Below, piece by piece: positions 1 through 6,005 of a DNA stretch of 6,407 nucleotides. Where the stretch lies: sequence record NC_003287.2; one strand, given 5' to 3'. A program made the translations under genes and the position numbers. Positions within the stretch are counted from its first letter, which is position 1. Each line of letters opens with the position of its first letter. Below the pieces are notes generated by a model. The model was not told the DNA's origin. It searched no databases and saw nothing but the letters and a program-made list of their open reading frames with translations. The stretch is from Inovirus M13.

Positions 1-831
1 AACGCTACTACTATTAGTAGAATTGATGCCACCTTTTCAGCTCGCGCCCCAAATGAAAATATAGCTAAACAGGTTATTGACCATTTGCGAAATGTATCTA
101 ATGGTCAAACTAAATCTACTCGTTCGCAGAATTGGGAATCAACTGTTACATGGAATGAAACTTCCAGACACCGTACTTTAGTTGCATATTTAAAACATGT
201 TGAGCTACAGCACCAGATTCAGCAATTAAGCTCTAAGCCATCCGCAAAAATGACCTCTTATCAAAAGGAGCAATTAAAGGTACTCTCTAATCCTGACCTG
301 TTGGAGTTTGCTTCCGGTCTGGTTCGCTTTGAAGCTCGAATTAAAACGCGATATTTGAAGTCTTTCGGGCTTCCTCTTAATCTTTTTGATGCAATCCGCT
401 TTGCTTCTGACTATAATAGTCAGGGTAAAGACCTGATTTTTGATTTATGGTCATTCTCGTTTTCTGAACTGTTTAAAGCATTTGAGGGGGATTCAATGAA
501 TATTTATGACGATTCCGCAGTATTGGACGCTATCCAGTCTAAACATTTTACTATTACCCCCTCTGGCAAAACTTCTTTTGCAAAAGCCTCTCGCTATTTT
601 GGTTTTTATCGTCGTCTGGTAAACGAGGGTTATGATAGTGTTGCTCTTACTATGCCTCGTAATTCCTTTTGGCGTTATGTATCTGCATTAGTTGAATGTG
701 GTATTCCTAAATCTCAACTGATGAATCTTTCTACCTGTAATAATGTTGTTCCGTTAGTTCGTTTTATTAACGTAGATTTTTCTTCCCAACGTCCTGACTG
801 GTATAATGAGCCAGTTCTTAAAATCGCATAA
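1..831 (+). CDS. gII: Gene II, C-terminal part (pII, rolling-circle replication initiator; full protein 410 aa when circularised)
   Basis: Frame 1 is open from base 1 to TAA ending at 831 (NATTISRIDATFSARAPNENIAKQVIDHLRNVSNG...PVLKIA). The ORF-track call 85..831 uses a TTG alternative start and is a truncation artefact. Confidence 0.95.
   Translation, partial: NATTISRIDATFSARAPNENIAKQVIDHLRNVSNGQTKSTRSQNWESTVTWNETSRHRTLVAYLKHVELQHQIQQLSSKPSAKMTSYQKEQLKVLSNPDLLEFASGLVRFEARIKTRYLKSFGLPLNLFDAIRFASDYNSQGKDLIFDLWSFSFSELFKAFEGDSMNIYDDSAVLDAIQSKHFTITPSGKTSFAKASRYFGFYRRLVNEGYDSVALTMPRNSFWRYVSALVECGIPKSQLMNLSTCNNVVPLVRFINVDFSSQRPDWYNEPVLKIA
412..417 (+). promoter_or_regulatory. Candidate -10 hexamer (TATAAT) of the gene X promoter inside gene II
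   Basis: Perfect TATAAT at 412..417, about 80 nt upstream of the gene X start; possible -35 TTGATG at 387..392 with a long 19-nt spacer. The position fits an internal promoter known in Ff phages, but the exact hexamers are inferred. Confidence 0.35.
496..831 (+). CDS. gX: Gene X (pX, 111 aa), translated in frame from an internal start of gene II; needed for ssDNA accumulation
   Basis: Internal ATG at 496 in the gene II frame, preceded by a strong Shine-Dalgarno GAGGGGG at 484..490; product MNIYDDSAVLDAIQSK... is identical to the pII C-terminus. Known nested gene in Ff phages. Confidence 0.85.
   Translation: MNIYDDSAVLDAIQSKHFTITPSGKTSFAKASRYFGFYRRLVNEGYDSVALTMPRNSFWRYVSALVECGIPKSQLMNLSTCNNVVPLVRFINVDFSSQRPDWYNEPVLKIA
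802..807 (+). promoter_or_regulatory. Candidate -10 hexamer (TATAAT) of a gene V promoter at the 3' end of gene II
   Basis: Perfect TATAAT at 802..807, about 36 nt upstream of the gene V ATG; no clear -35 seen. Inferred. Confidence 0.3.
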
Positions 832-842
832 GGTAATTCACA

Positions 843-1106
843 ATGATTAAAGTTGAAATTAAACCATCTCAAGCCCAATTTACTACTCGTTCTGGTGTTT
901 CTCGTCAGGGCAAGCCTTATTCACTGAATGAGCAGCTTTGTTACGTTGATTTGGGTAATGAATATCCGGTTCTTGTCAAGATTACTCTTGATGAAGGTCA
1001 GCCAGCCTATGCGCCTGGTCTGTACACCGTTCATCTGTCCTCTTTCAAAGTTGGTCAGTTCGGTTCCCTTATGATTGACCGTCTGCGCCTCGTTCCGGCT
1101 AAGTAA
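843..1106 (+). CDS. gV: Gene V (pV, 87 aa), ssDNA-binding protein that coats progeny plus strands and represses gene II translation
   Basis: ORF 843..1106 gives MIKVEIKPSQAQFTTRSGVSRQGKPYSLNEQLCYVDLGNEYPVLVKITLDEGQPAYAPGLYTVHLSSFKVGQFGSLMIDRLRLVPAK, recognised as Ff gene 5 protein; SD AAGG at 830..833. Confidence 0.97.
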   Translation: MIKVEIKPSQAQFTTRSGVSRQGKPYSLNEQLCYVDLGNEYPVLVKITLDEGQPAYAPGLYTVHLSSFKVGQFGSLMIDRLRLVPAK

Positions 1107-1107
1107 C

Positions 1108-1209
1108 ATGGAGCAGGTCGCGGATTTCGACACAATTTATCAGGCGATGATACAAATCTCCGTTGTACTTTGTTTCGCGCTTGGTATAATCGCTGGGGGT
1201 CAAAGATGA
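1108..1209 (+). CDS. gVII: Gene VII (pVII, 33 aa), minor coat protein at the virion tip that emerges first
   Basis: ATG at 1108, one nt after the gene V stop, gives MEQVADFDTIYQAMIQISVVLCFALGIIAGGQR with TGA at 1207..1209. Too short for the ORF track. Canonical position between V and IX. Confidence 0.85.
   Translation: MEQVADFDTIYQAMIQISVVLCFALGIIAGGQR
1163..1190 (+). promoter_or_regulatory. Strong sigma70-type promoter upstream of genes IX/VIII (-35 TTGTAC, 16-nt spacer, -10 TATAAT)
   Basis: TTGTAC at 1163..1168 and perfect TATAAT at 1185..1190, inside gene VII and about 110 nt upstream of gene VIII. Consistent with the known strong promoter driving major coat protein expression. Confidence 0.6.
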
Positions 1210-1304
1210 GTGTTTTAGTGTATTCTTTCGCCTCTTTCGTTTTAGGTTGGTGCCTTCGTAGTGGCATTACGTATTTTACCCGTTTAATGGAAACTTCCTC
1301 ATGA
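1206..1304 (+). CDS. gIX: Gene IX (pIX, 32 aa), minor coat protein at the pVII end of the virion
   Basis: ATG at 1206 overlaps the gene VII stop (ATGA); product MSVLVYSFASFVLGWCLRSGITYFTRLMETSS, stop TGA at 1302..1304 overlapping the gene VIII ATG. Too short for the ORF track. Confidence 0.85.
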   Translation: MSVLVYSFASFVLGWCLRSGITYFTRLMETSS

Positions 1305-1522
1305 AAAAGTCTTTAGTCCTCAAAGCCTCTGTAGCCGTTGCTACCCTCGTTCCGATGCTGTCTTTCGCTGCTGAGGGTGACGATCCCGCAAAAGCGGCCT
1401 TTAACTCCCTGCAAGCCTCAGCGACCGAATATATCGGTTATGCGTGGGCGATGGTTGTTGTCATTGTCGGCGCAACTATCGGTATCAAGCTGTTTAAGAA
1501 ATTCACCTCGAAAGCAAGCTGA
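1301..1522 (+). CDS. gVIII: Gene VIII (pVIII major coat protein precursor, 73 aa: 23-aa signal peptide + 50-aa mature protein)
   Basis: MKKSLVLKASVAVATLVPMLSFA / AEGDDPAKAAFNSLQASATEYIGYAWAMVVVIVGATIGIKLFKKFTSKAS: signal peptide, acidic N-terminus, hydrophobic helix and basic C-terminus are the classic major coat protein. Asn at mature position 12 (AAC 1403..1405). Confidence 0.97.
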   Translation: MKKSLVLKASVAVATLVPMLSFAAEGDDPAKAAFNSLQASATEYIGYAWAMVVVIVGATIGIKLFKKFTSKAS

Positions 1523-1537
1523 TAAACCGATACAATT

Positions 1538-1565
1538 AAAGGCTCCTTTTGGAGCCTTTTTTTTT
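1538..1565 (+). terminator. Rho-independent terminator after gene VIII
   Basis: GC stem GGCTCC (1541..1546) / GGAGCC (1551..1556) with a TTTT loop, followed by a run of 9 T (1557..1565); located directly after the gene VIII stop. Confidence 0.85.
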
Positions 1566-1578
1566 GGAGATTTTCAAC

Positions 1579-2853
1579 ATGAAAAAATTATTATTCGCAA
1601 TTCCTTTAGTTGTTCCTTTCTATTCTCACTCCGCTGAAACTGTTGAAAGTTGTTTAGCAAAACCCCATACAGAAAATTCATTTACTAACGTCTGGAAAGA
1701 CGACAAAACTTTAGATCGTTACGCTAACTATGAGGGTTGTCTGTGGAATGCTACAGGCGTTGTAGTTTGTACTGGTGACGAAACTCAGTGTTACGGTACA
1801 TGGGTTCCTATTGGGCTTGCTATCCCTGAAAATGAGGGTGGTGGCTCTGAGGGTGGCGGTTCTGAGGGTGGCGGTTCTGAGGGTGGCGGTACTAAACCTC
1901 CTGAGTACGGTGATACACCTATTCCGGGCTATACTTATATCAACCCTCTCGACGGCACTTATCCGCCTGGTACTGAGCAAAACCCCGCTAATCCTAATCC
2001 TTCTCTTGAGGAGTCTCAGCCTCTTAATACTTTCATGTTTCAGAATAATAGGTTCCGAAATAGGCAGGGGGCATTAACTGTTTATACGGGCACTGTTACT
2101 CAAGGCACTGACCCCGTTAAAACTTATTACCAGTACACTCCTGTATCATCAAAAGCCATGTATGACGCTTACTGGAACGGTAAATTCAGAGACTGCGCTT
2201 TCCATTCTGGCTTTAATGAGGATCCATTCGTTTGTGAATATCAAGGCCAATCGTCTGACCTGCCTCAACCTCCTGTCAATGCTGGCGGCGGCTCTGGTGG
2301 TGGTTCTGGTGGCGGCTCTGAGGGTGGTGGCTCTGAGGGTGGCGGTTCTGAGGGTGGCGGCTCTGAGGGAGGCGGTTCCGGTGGTGGCTCTGGTTCCGGT
2401 GATTTTGATTATGAAAAGATGGCAAACGCTAATAAGGGGGCTATGACCGAAAATGCCGATGAAAACGCGCTACAGTCTGACGCTAAAGGCAAACTTGATT
2501 CTGTCGCTACTGATTACGGTGCTGCTATCGATGGTTTCATTGGTGACGTTTCCGGCCTTGCTAATGGTAATGGTGCTACTGGTGATTTTGCTGGCTCTAA
2601 TTCCCAAATGGCTCAAGTCGGTGACGGTGATAATTCACCTTTAATGAATAATTTCCGTCAATATTTACCTTCCCTCCCTCAATCGGTTGAATGTCGCCCT
2701 TTTGTCTTTAGCGCTGGTAAACCATATGAATTTTCTATTGATTGTGACAAAATAAACTTATTCCGTGGTGTCTTTGCGTTTCTTTTATATGTTGCCACCT
2801 TTATGTATGTATTTTCTACGTTTGCTAACATACTGCGTAATAAGGAGTCTTAA
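1579..2853 (+). CDS. gIII: Gene III (pIII, 424 aa with 18-aa signal peptide), minor coat/adsorption protein with N1 and N2 domains, Gly-rich linkers and C-terminal anchor
   Basis: ATG at 1579 with SD GGAG at 1566..1569; product [85 protein letters not shown](EGGGS)n... The ORF-track start at 1549 is a TTG extension into the terminator and is rejected. Confidence 0.95.
   Translation: MKKLLFAIPLVVPFYSHSAETVESCLAKPHTENSFTNVWKDDKTLDRYANYEGCLWNATGVVVCTGDETQCYGTWVPIGLAIPENEGGGSEGGGSEGGGSEGGGTKPPEYGDTPIPGYTYINPLDGTYPPGTEQNPANPNPSLEESQPLNTFMFQNNRFRNRQGALTVYTGTVTQGTDPVKTYYQYTPVSSKAMYDAYWNGKFRDCAFHSGFNEDPFVCEYQGQSSDLPQPPVNAGGGSGGGSGGGSEGGGSEGGGSEGGGSEGGGSGGGSGSGDFDYEKMANANKGAMTENADENALQSDAKGKLDSVATDYGAAIDGFIGDVSGLANGNGATGDFAGSNSQMAQVGDGDNSPLMNNFRQYLPSLPQSVECRPFVFSAGKPYEFSIDCDKINLFRGVFAFLLYVATFMYVFSTFANILRNKES
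1834..1893 (+). repeat. Four tandem 15-bp coding repeats (GAGGGTGGYGGYWCT) encoding (EGGGS)3-EGGGT, Gly-rich linker 1 of pIII between N1 and N2
   Basis: Direct reading: gagggtggtggctct gagggtggcggttct gagggtggcggttct gagggtggcggtact. Confidence 0.9.
2284..2400 (+). repeat. Tandem 12-15-bp coding repeats encoding GGGS/EGGGS units, Gly-rich linker 2 of pIII between N2 and the C-terminal domain
   Basis: Direct reading: protein [39 protein letters not shown]; DNA units ggcggcggctct / ggtggtggttct / gagggtggcggttct and variants. Confidence 0.9.
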
Positions 2854-2855
2854 TC

Positions 2856-3194
2856 ATGCCAGTTCTTTTGGGTATTCCGTTATTATTGCGTTTCCTCGGT
2901 TTCCTTCTGGTAACTTTGTTCGGCTATCTGCTTACTTTTCTTAAAAAGGGCTTCGGTAAGATAGCTATTGCTATTTCATTGTTTCTTGCTCTTATTATTG
3001 GGCTTAACTCAATTCTTGTGGGTTATCTCTCTGATATTAGCGCTCAATTACCCTCTGACTTTGTTCAGGGTGTTCAGTTAATTCTCCCGTCTAATGCGCT
3101 TCCCTGTTTTTATGTTATTCTCTCTGTAAAGGCTGCTATTTTCATTTTTGACGTTAAACAAAAAATCGTTTCTTATTTGGATTGGGATAAATAA
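2856..3194 (+). CDS. gVI: Gene VI (pVI, 112 aa), hydrophobic minor coat protein at the pIII end of the virion
   Basis: ATG at 2856 with SD AGGAG at 2843..2847; product MPVLLGIPLLLRFLGFLLVTLFGYLLTFLKKGFGKIAIAISLFLALIIGLNSILVGYLSDISAQLPSDF..., start placed 2 nt after the gene III stop. Confidence 0.95.
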   Translation: MPVLLGIPLLLRFLGFLLVTLFGYLLTFLKKGFGKIAIAISLFLALIIGLNSILVGYLSDISAQLPSDFVQGVQLILPSNALPCFYVILSVKAAIFIFDVKQKIVSYLDWDK

Positions 3195-3195
3195 T

Positions 3196-4242
3196 ATGGC
3201 TGTTTATTTTGTAACTGGCAAATTAGGCTCTGGAAAGACGCTCGTTAGCGTTGGTAAGATTCAGGATAAAATTGTAGCTGGGTGCAAAATAGCAACTAAT
3301 CTTGATTTAAGGCTTCAAAACCTCCCGCAAGTCGGGAGGTTCGCTAAAACGCCTCGCGTTCTTAGAATACCGGATAAGCCTTCTATATCTGATTTGCTTG
3401 CTATTGGGCGCGGTAATGATTCCTACGATGAAAATAAAAACGGCTTGCTTGTTCTCGATGAGTGCGGTACTTGGTTTAATACCCGTTCTTGGAATGATAA
3501 GGAAAGACAGCCGATTATTGATTGGTTTCTACATGCTCGTAAATTAGGATGGGATATTATTTTTCTTGTTCAGGACTTATCTATTGTTGATAAACAGGCG
3601 CGTTCTGCATTAGCTGAACATGTTGTTTATTGTCGTCGTCTGGACAGAATTACTTTACCTTTTGTCGGTACTTTATATTCTCTTATTACTGGCTCGAAAA
3701 TGCCTCTGCCTAAATTACATGTTGGCGTTGTTAAATATGGCGATTCTCAATTAAGCCCTACTGTTGAGCGTTGGCTTTATACTGGTAAGAATTTGTATAA
3801 CGCATATGATACTAAACAGGCTTTTTCTAGTAATTATGATTCCGGTGTTTATTCTTATTTAACGCCTTATTTATCACACGGTCGGTATTTCAAACCATTA
3901 AATTTAGGTCAGAAGATGAAATTAACTAAAATATATTTGAAAAAGTTTTCTCGCGTTCTTTGTCTTGCGATTGGATTTGCATCAGCATTTACATATAGTT
4001 ATATAACCCAACCTAAGCCGGAGGTTAAAAAGGTAGTCTCTCAGACCTATGATTTTGATAAATTCACTATTGACTCTTCTCAGCGTCTTAATCTAAGCTA
4101 TCGCTATGTTTTCAAGGATTCTAAGGGAAAATTAATTAATAGCGACGATTTACAGAAGCAAGGTTATTCACTCACATATATTGATTTATGTACTGTTTCC
4201 ATTAAAAAAGGTAATTCAAATGAAATTGTTAAATGTAATTAA
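3196..4242 (+). CDS. gI: Gene I (pI, 348 aa), inner-membrane assembly/export ATPase with N-terminal Walker A motif
   Basis: ATG at 3196 immediately after the gene VI stop (TAA 3192..3194); product MAVYFVTGKLGSGKTLVSVGKIQDK... with Walker A GKLGSGKT (about nt 3217..3240) and a membrane-spanning segment near LCLAIGFASAF. The ORF-track start at 3148 is a TTG extension overlapping gene VI. Confidence 0.93.
   Translation: MAVYFVTGKLGSGKTLVSVGKIQDKIVAGCKIATNLDLRLQNLPQVGRFAKTPRVLRIPDKPSISDLLAIGRGNDSYDENKNGLLVLDECGTWFNTRSWNDKERQPIIDWFLHARKLGWDIIFLVQDLSIVDKQARSALAEHVVYCRRLDRITLPFVGTLYSLITGSKMPLPKLHVGVVKYGDSQLSPTVERWLYTGKNLYNAYDTKQAFSSNYDSGVYSYLTPYLSHGRYFKPLNLGQKMKLTKIYLKKFSRVLCLAIGFASAFTYSYITQPKPEVKKVVSQTYDFDKFTIDSSQRLNLSYRYVFKDSKGKLINSDDLQKQGYSLTYIDLCTVSIKKGNSNEIVKCN
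3916..4242 (+). CDS. gXI: Gene XI (pXI, 108 aa), in-frame internal restart within gene I (from pI Met241); assembly protein partner of pI
   Basis: ATG at 3916 in the gene I frame (720 nt = 240 codons after the gene I start); product MKLTKIYLKKFSRVLCLAIGFASAF... Known nested gene in Ff phages; the internal initiation cannot be proven from sequence alone. Confidence 0.75.
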   Translation: MKLTKIYLKKFSRVLCLAIGFASAFTYSYITQPKPEVKKVVSQTYDFDKFTIDSSQRLNLSYRYVFKDSKGKLINSDDLQKQGYSLTYIDLCTVSIKKGNSNEIVKCN

Positions 4243-5500
4243 TTTTGTTTTCTTGATGTTTGTTTCATCATCTTCTTTTGCTCAGGTAATTGAAATGAAT
4301 AATTCGCCTCTGCGCGATTTTGTAACTTGGTATTCAAAGCAATCAGGCGAATCCGTTATTGTTTCTCCCGATGTAAAAGGTACTGTTACTGTATATTCAT
4401 CTGACGTTAAACCTGAAAATCTACGCAATTTCTTTATTTCTGTTTTACGTGCTAATAATTTTGATATGGTTGGTTCAATTCCTTCCATAATTCAGAAGTA
4501 TAATCCAAACAATCAGGATTATATTGATGAATTGCCATCATCTGATAATCAGGAATATGATGATAATTCCGCTCCTTCTGGTGGTTTCTTTGTTCCGCAA
4601 AATGATAATGTTACTCAAACTTTTAAAATTAATAACGTTCGGGCAAAGGATTTAATACGAGTTGTCGAATTGTTTGTAAAGTCTAATACTTCTAAATCCT
4701 CAAATGTATTATCTATTGACGGCTCTAATCTATTAGTTGTTAGTGCACCTAAAGATATTTTAGATAACCTTCCTCAATTCCTTTCTACTGTTGATTTGCC
4801 AACTGACCAGATATTGATTGAGGGTTTGATATTTGAGGTTCAGCAAGGTGATGCTTTAGATTTTTCATTTGCTGCTGGCTCTCAGCGTGGCACTGTTGCA
4901 GGCGGTGTTAATACTGACCGCCTCACCTCTGTTTTATCTTCTGCTGGTGGTTCGTTCGGTATTTTTAATGGCGATGTTTTAGGGCTATCAGTTCGCGCAT
5001 TAAAGACTAATAGCCATTCAAAAATATTGTCTGTGCCACGTATTCTTACGCTTTCAGGTCAGAAGGGTTCTATCTCTGTTGGCCAGAATGTCCCTTTTAT
5101 TACTGGTCGTGTGACTGGTGAATCTGCCAATGTAAATAATCCATTTCAGACGATTGAGCGTCAAAATGTAGGTATTTCCATGAGCGTTTTTCCTGTTGCA
5201 ATGGCTGGCGGTAATATTGTTCTGGATATTACCAGCAAGGCCGATAGTTTGAGTTCTTCTACTCAGGCAAGTGATGTTATTACTAATCAAAGAAGTATTG
5301 CTACAACGGTTAATTTGCGTGATGGACAGACTCTTTTACTCGGTGGCCTCACTGATTATAAAAACACTTCTCAAGATTCTGGCGTACCGTTCCTGTCTAA
5401 AATCCCTTTAATCGGCCTCCTGTTTAGCTCCCGCTCTGATTCCAACGAGGAAAGCACGTTATACGTGCTCGTCAAAGCAACCATAGTACGCGCCCTGTAG
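4220..5500 (+). CDS. gIV: Gene IV (pIV, 426 aa precursor with about 21-aa signal peptide), outer-membrane secretin channel for phage extrusion
   Basis: ATG at 4220 with SD AAGG at 4208..4211; product MKLLNVINFVFLMFVSSSSFA/QVIEMNNSPLRDFVTWYSKQSG...; C-terminal half (…VPFITGR…GQTLLLGGL…VPFLSKIPLIGLLF…) looks like the secretin domain shared with GspD/PilQ. Overlaps the gene I end by 23 nt. The ORF-track start at 4181 is a TTG extension. Confidence 0.95.
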   Translation: MKLLNVINFVFLMFVSSSSFAQVIEMNNSPLRDFVTWYSKQSGESVIVSPDVKGTVTVYSSDVKPENLRNFFISVLRANNFDMVGSIPSIIQKYNPNNQDYIDELPSSDNQEYDDNSAPSGGFFVPQNDNVTQTFKINNVRAKDLIRVVELFVKSNTSKSSNVLSIDGSNLLVVSAPKDILDNLPQFLSTVDLPTDQILIEGLIFEVQQGDALDFSFAAGSQRGTVAGGVNTDRLTSVLSSAGGSFGIFNGDVLGLSVRALKTNSHSKILSVPRILTLSGQKGSISVGQNVPFITGRVTGESANVNNPFQTIERQNVGISMSVFPVAMAGGNIVLDITSKADSLSSSTQASDVITNQRSIATTVNLRDGQTLLLGGLTDYKNTSQDSGVPFLSKIPLIGLLFSSRSDSNEESTLYVLVKATIVRAL

Positions 5501-5577
5501 CGGCGCATTAAGCGCGGCGGGTGTGGTGGTTACGCGCAGCGTGACCGCTACACTTGCCAGCGCCCTAGCGCCCGCTC
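5499..5577 (+). other. Packaging (morphogenetic) signal hairpin, the first element of the intergenic region
   Basis: GC-rich imperfect inverted repeat immediately after the gene IV stop (TAG 5498..5500): gtagcggcgcattaagcgcggcggg...ccagcgccctagcgcccgctcc. Position and sequence match the Ff packaging signal also present in f1-ori phagemids. Boundaries approximate. Confidence 0.7.
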
Positions 5578-5589
5578 CTTTCGCTTTCT

Positions 5590-5760
5590 TCCCTTCCTTT
5601 CTCGCCACGTTCGCCGGCTTTCCCCGTCAAGCTCTAAATCGGGGGCTCCCTTTAGGGTTCCGATTTAGTGCTTTACGGCACCTCGACCCCAAAAAACTTG
5701 ATTTGGGTGATGGTTCACGTAGTGGGCCATCGCCCTGATAGACGGTTTTTCGCCCTTTGA
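5590..5760 (+). promoter_or_regulatory. Minus-strand (complementary-strand) replication origin, hairpins B/C; host RNA polymerase primer-synthesis site
   Basis: Structured GC-rich non-coding segment between the packaging signal and the plus-strand origin (…ggctttccccgtcaagctctaaatcgggggctccctttagggttccgatttagtgctttacggcacctcgacccc…), recognised as Ff/f1 ori sequence. Boundaries approximate. Confidence 0.6.
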
Positions 5761-5765
5761 CGTTG

Positions 5766-5910
5766 GAGTCCACGTTCTTTAATAGTGGACTCTTGTTCCA
5801 AACTGGAACAACACTCAACCCTATCTCGGGCTATTCTTTTGATTTATAAGGGATTTTGCCGATTTCGGCCTATTGGTTAAAAAATGAGCTGATTTAACAA
5901 AAATTTAACG
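5766..5910 (+). promoter_or_regulatory. Plus-strand (viral-strand) rolling-circle origin: pII nick site between 5780 and 5781, core hairpins and downstream AT-rich enhancer domain
   Basis: Inverted repeat gagtccac…gtggactc around the sequence ttcttt^aatagtggactcttgttccaaactggaacaaca, with a second small hairpin tgttccaaactggaaca. This matches the canonical Ff pII recognition/nick sequence, followed by an AT-rich region. Boundaries of the enhancer domain approximate. Confidence 0.8.
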
Positions 5911-5933
5911 CGAATTTTAACAAAATATTAACG

Positions 5934-5962
5934 TTTACAATTTAAATATTTGCTTATACAAT
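5934..5962 (+). promoter_or_regulatory. Gene II promoter (-35 TTTACA, 17-nt spacer, -10 TACAAT)
   Basis: TTTACA at 5934..5939, 17-nt spacer, TACAAT at 5957..5962, about 45 nt upstream of the gene II ATG at 6006; near-consensus sigma70 promoter. Confidence 0.65.
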
Positions 5963-6005
5963 CTTCCTGTTTTTGGGGCTTTTCTGATTATCAACCGGGG
6001 TACAT

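Noticed and set aside
921-1267. Minus-strand ORFs 921..1133 and 1055..1267 (70 aa each)
   Set aside because: They lie antisense to genes V, VII and IX, have no recognisable product or ribosome-binding site, and Ff phages encode all genes on the plus strand.
1338-1637. Plus-strand ORF 1338..1637 (99 aa) in an alternative frame
   Set aside because: Out of frame with gene VIII and runs through the gene VIII terminator hairpin and gene III start; alternative start codon, no SD, not a known Ff gene.
1834-2400. Short tandem repeats as a possible CRISPR array or intergenic satellite
   Set aside because: The repeats are contiguous with no spacers, lie inside the gene III reading frame, and encode the known Gly-Ser linkers of pIII.
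1711-2644. ORFs 1711..1980 (-), 1775..2077 (+), 2162..2446 (+), 2453..2644 (+) overlapping gene III
   Set aside because: Alternative-frame or antisense readings of gene III, largely created by the GC-rich Gly-linker repeats (products full of repeated ATLRT / VAALRV motifs); no independent coding evidence.
1549-4242. Longer ORF-track starts at 1549 (gene III), 3148 (gene I), 4181 (gene IV) and the truncated start at 85 (gene II)
   Set aside because: All are TTG alternative starts chosen by the ORF finder; each canonical ATG (1579, 3196, 4220, 6006) matches the known protein N-terminus, and the extensions overlap the preceding gene or terminator.
4282-5290. Minus-strand ORFs 4282..4488 and 5054..5290 inside gene IV
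   Set aside because: Antisense to a gene with a clearly recognisable product; short, no RBS, no recognisable product.
5523-5818. ORFs 5523..5738 (+) and 5627..5818 (-) in the intergenic region
   Set aside because: They lie within the packaging signal and replication-origin hairpins; GC-rich structured DNA, alternative start codons, Pro/Ala/Arg-rich low-complexity translations, not known genes.
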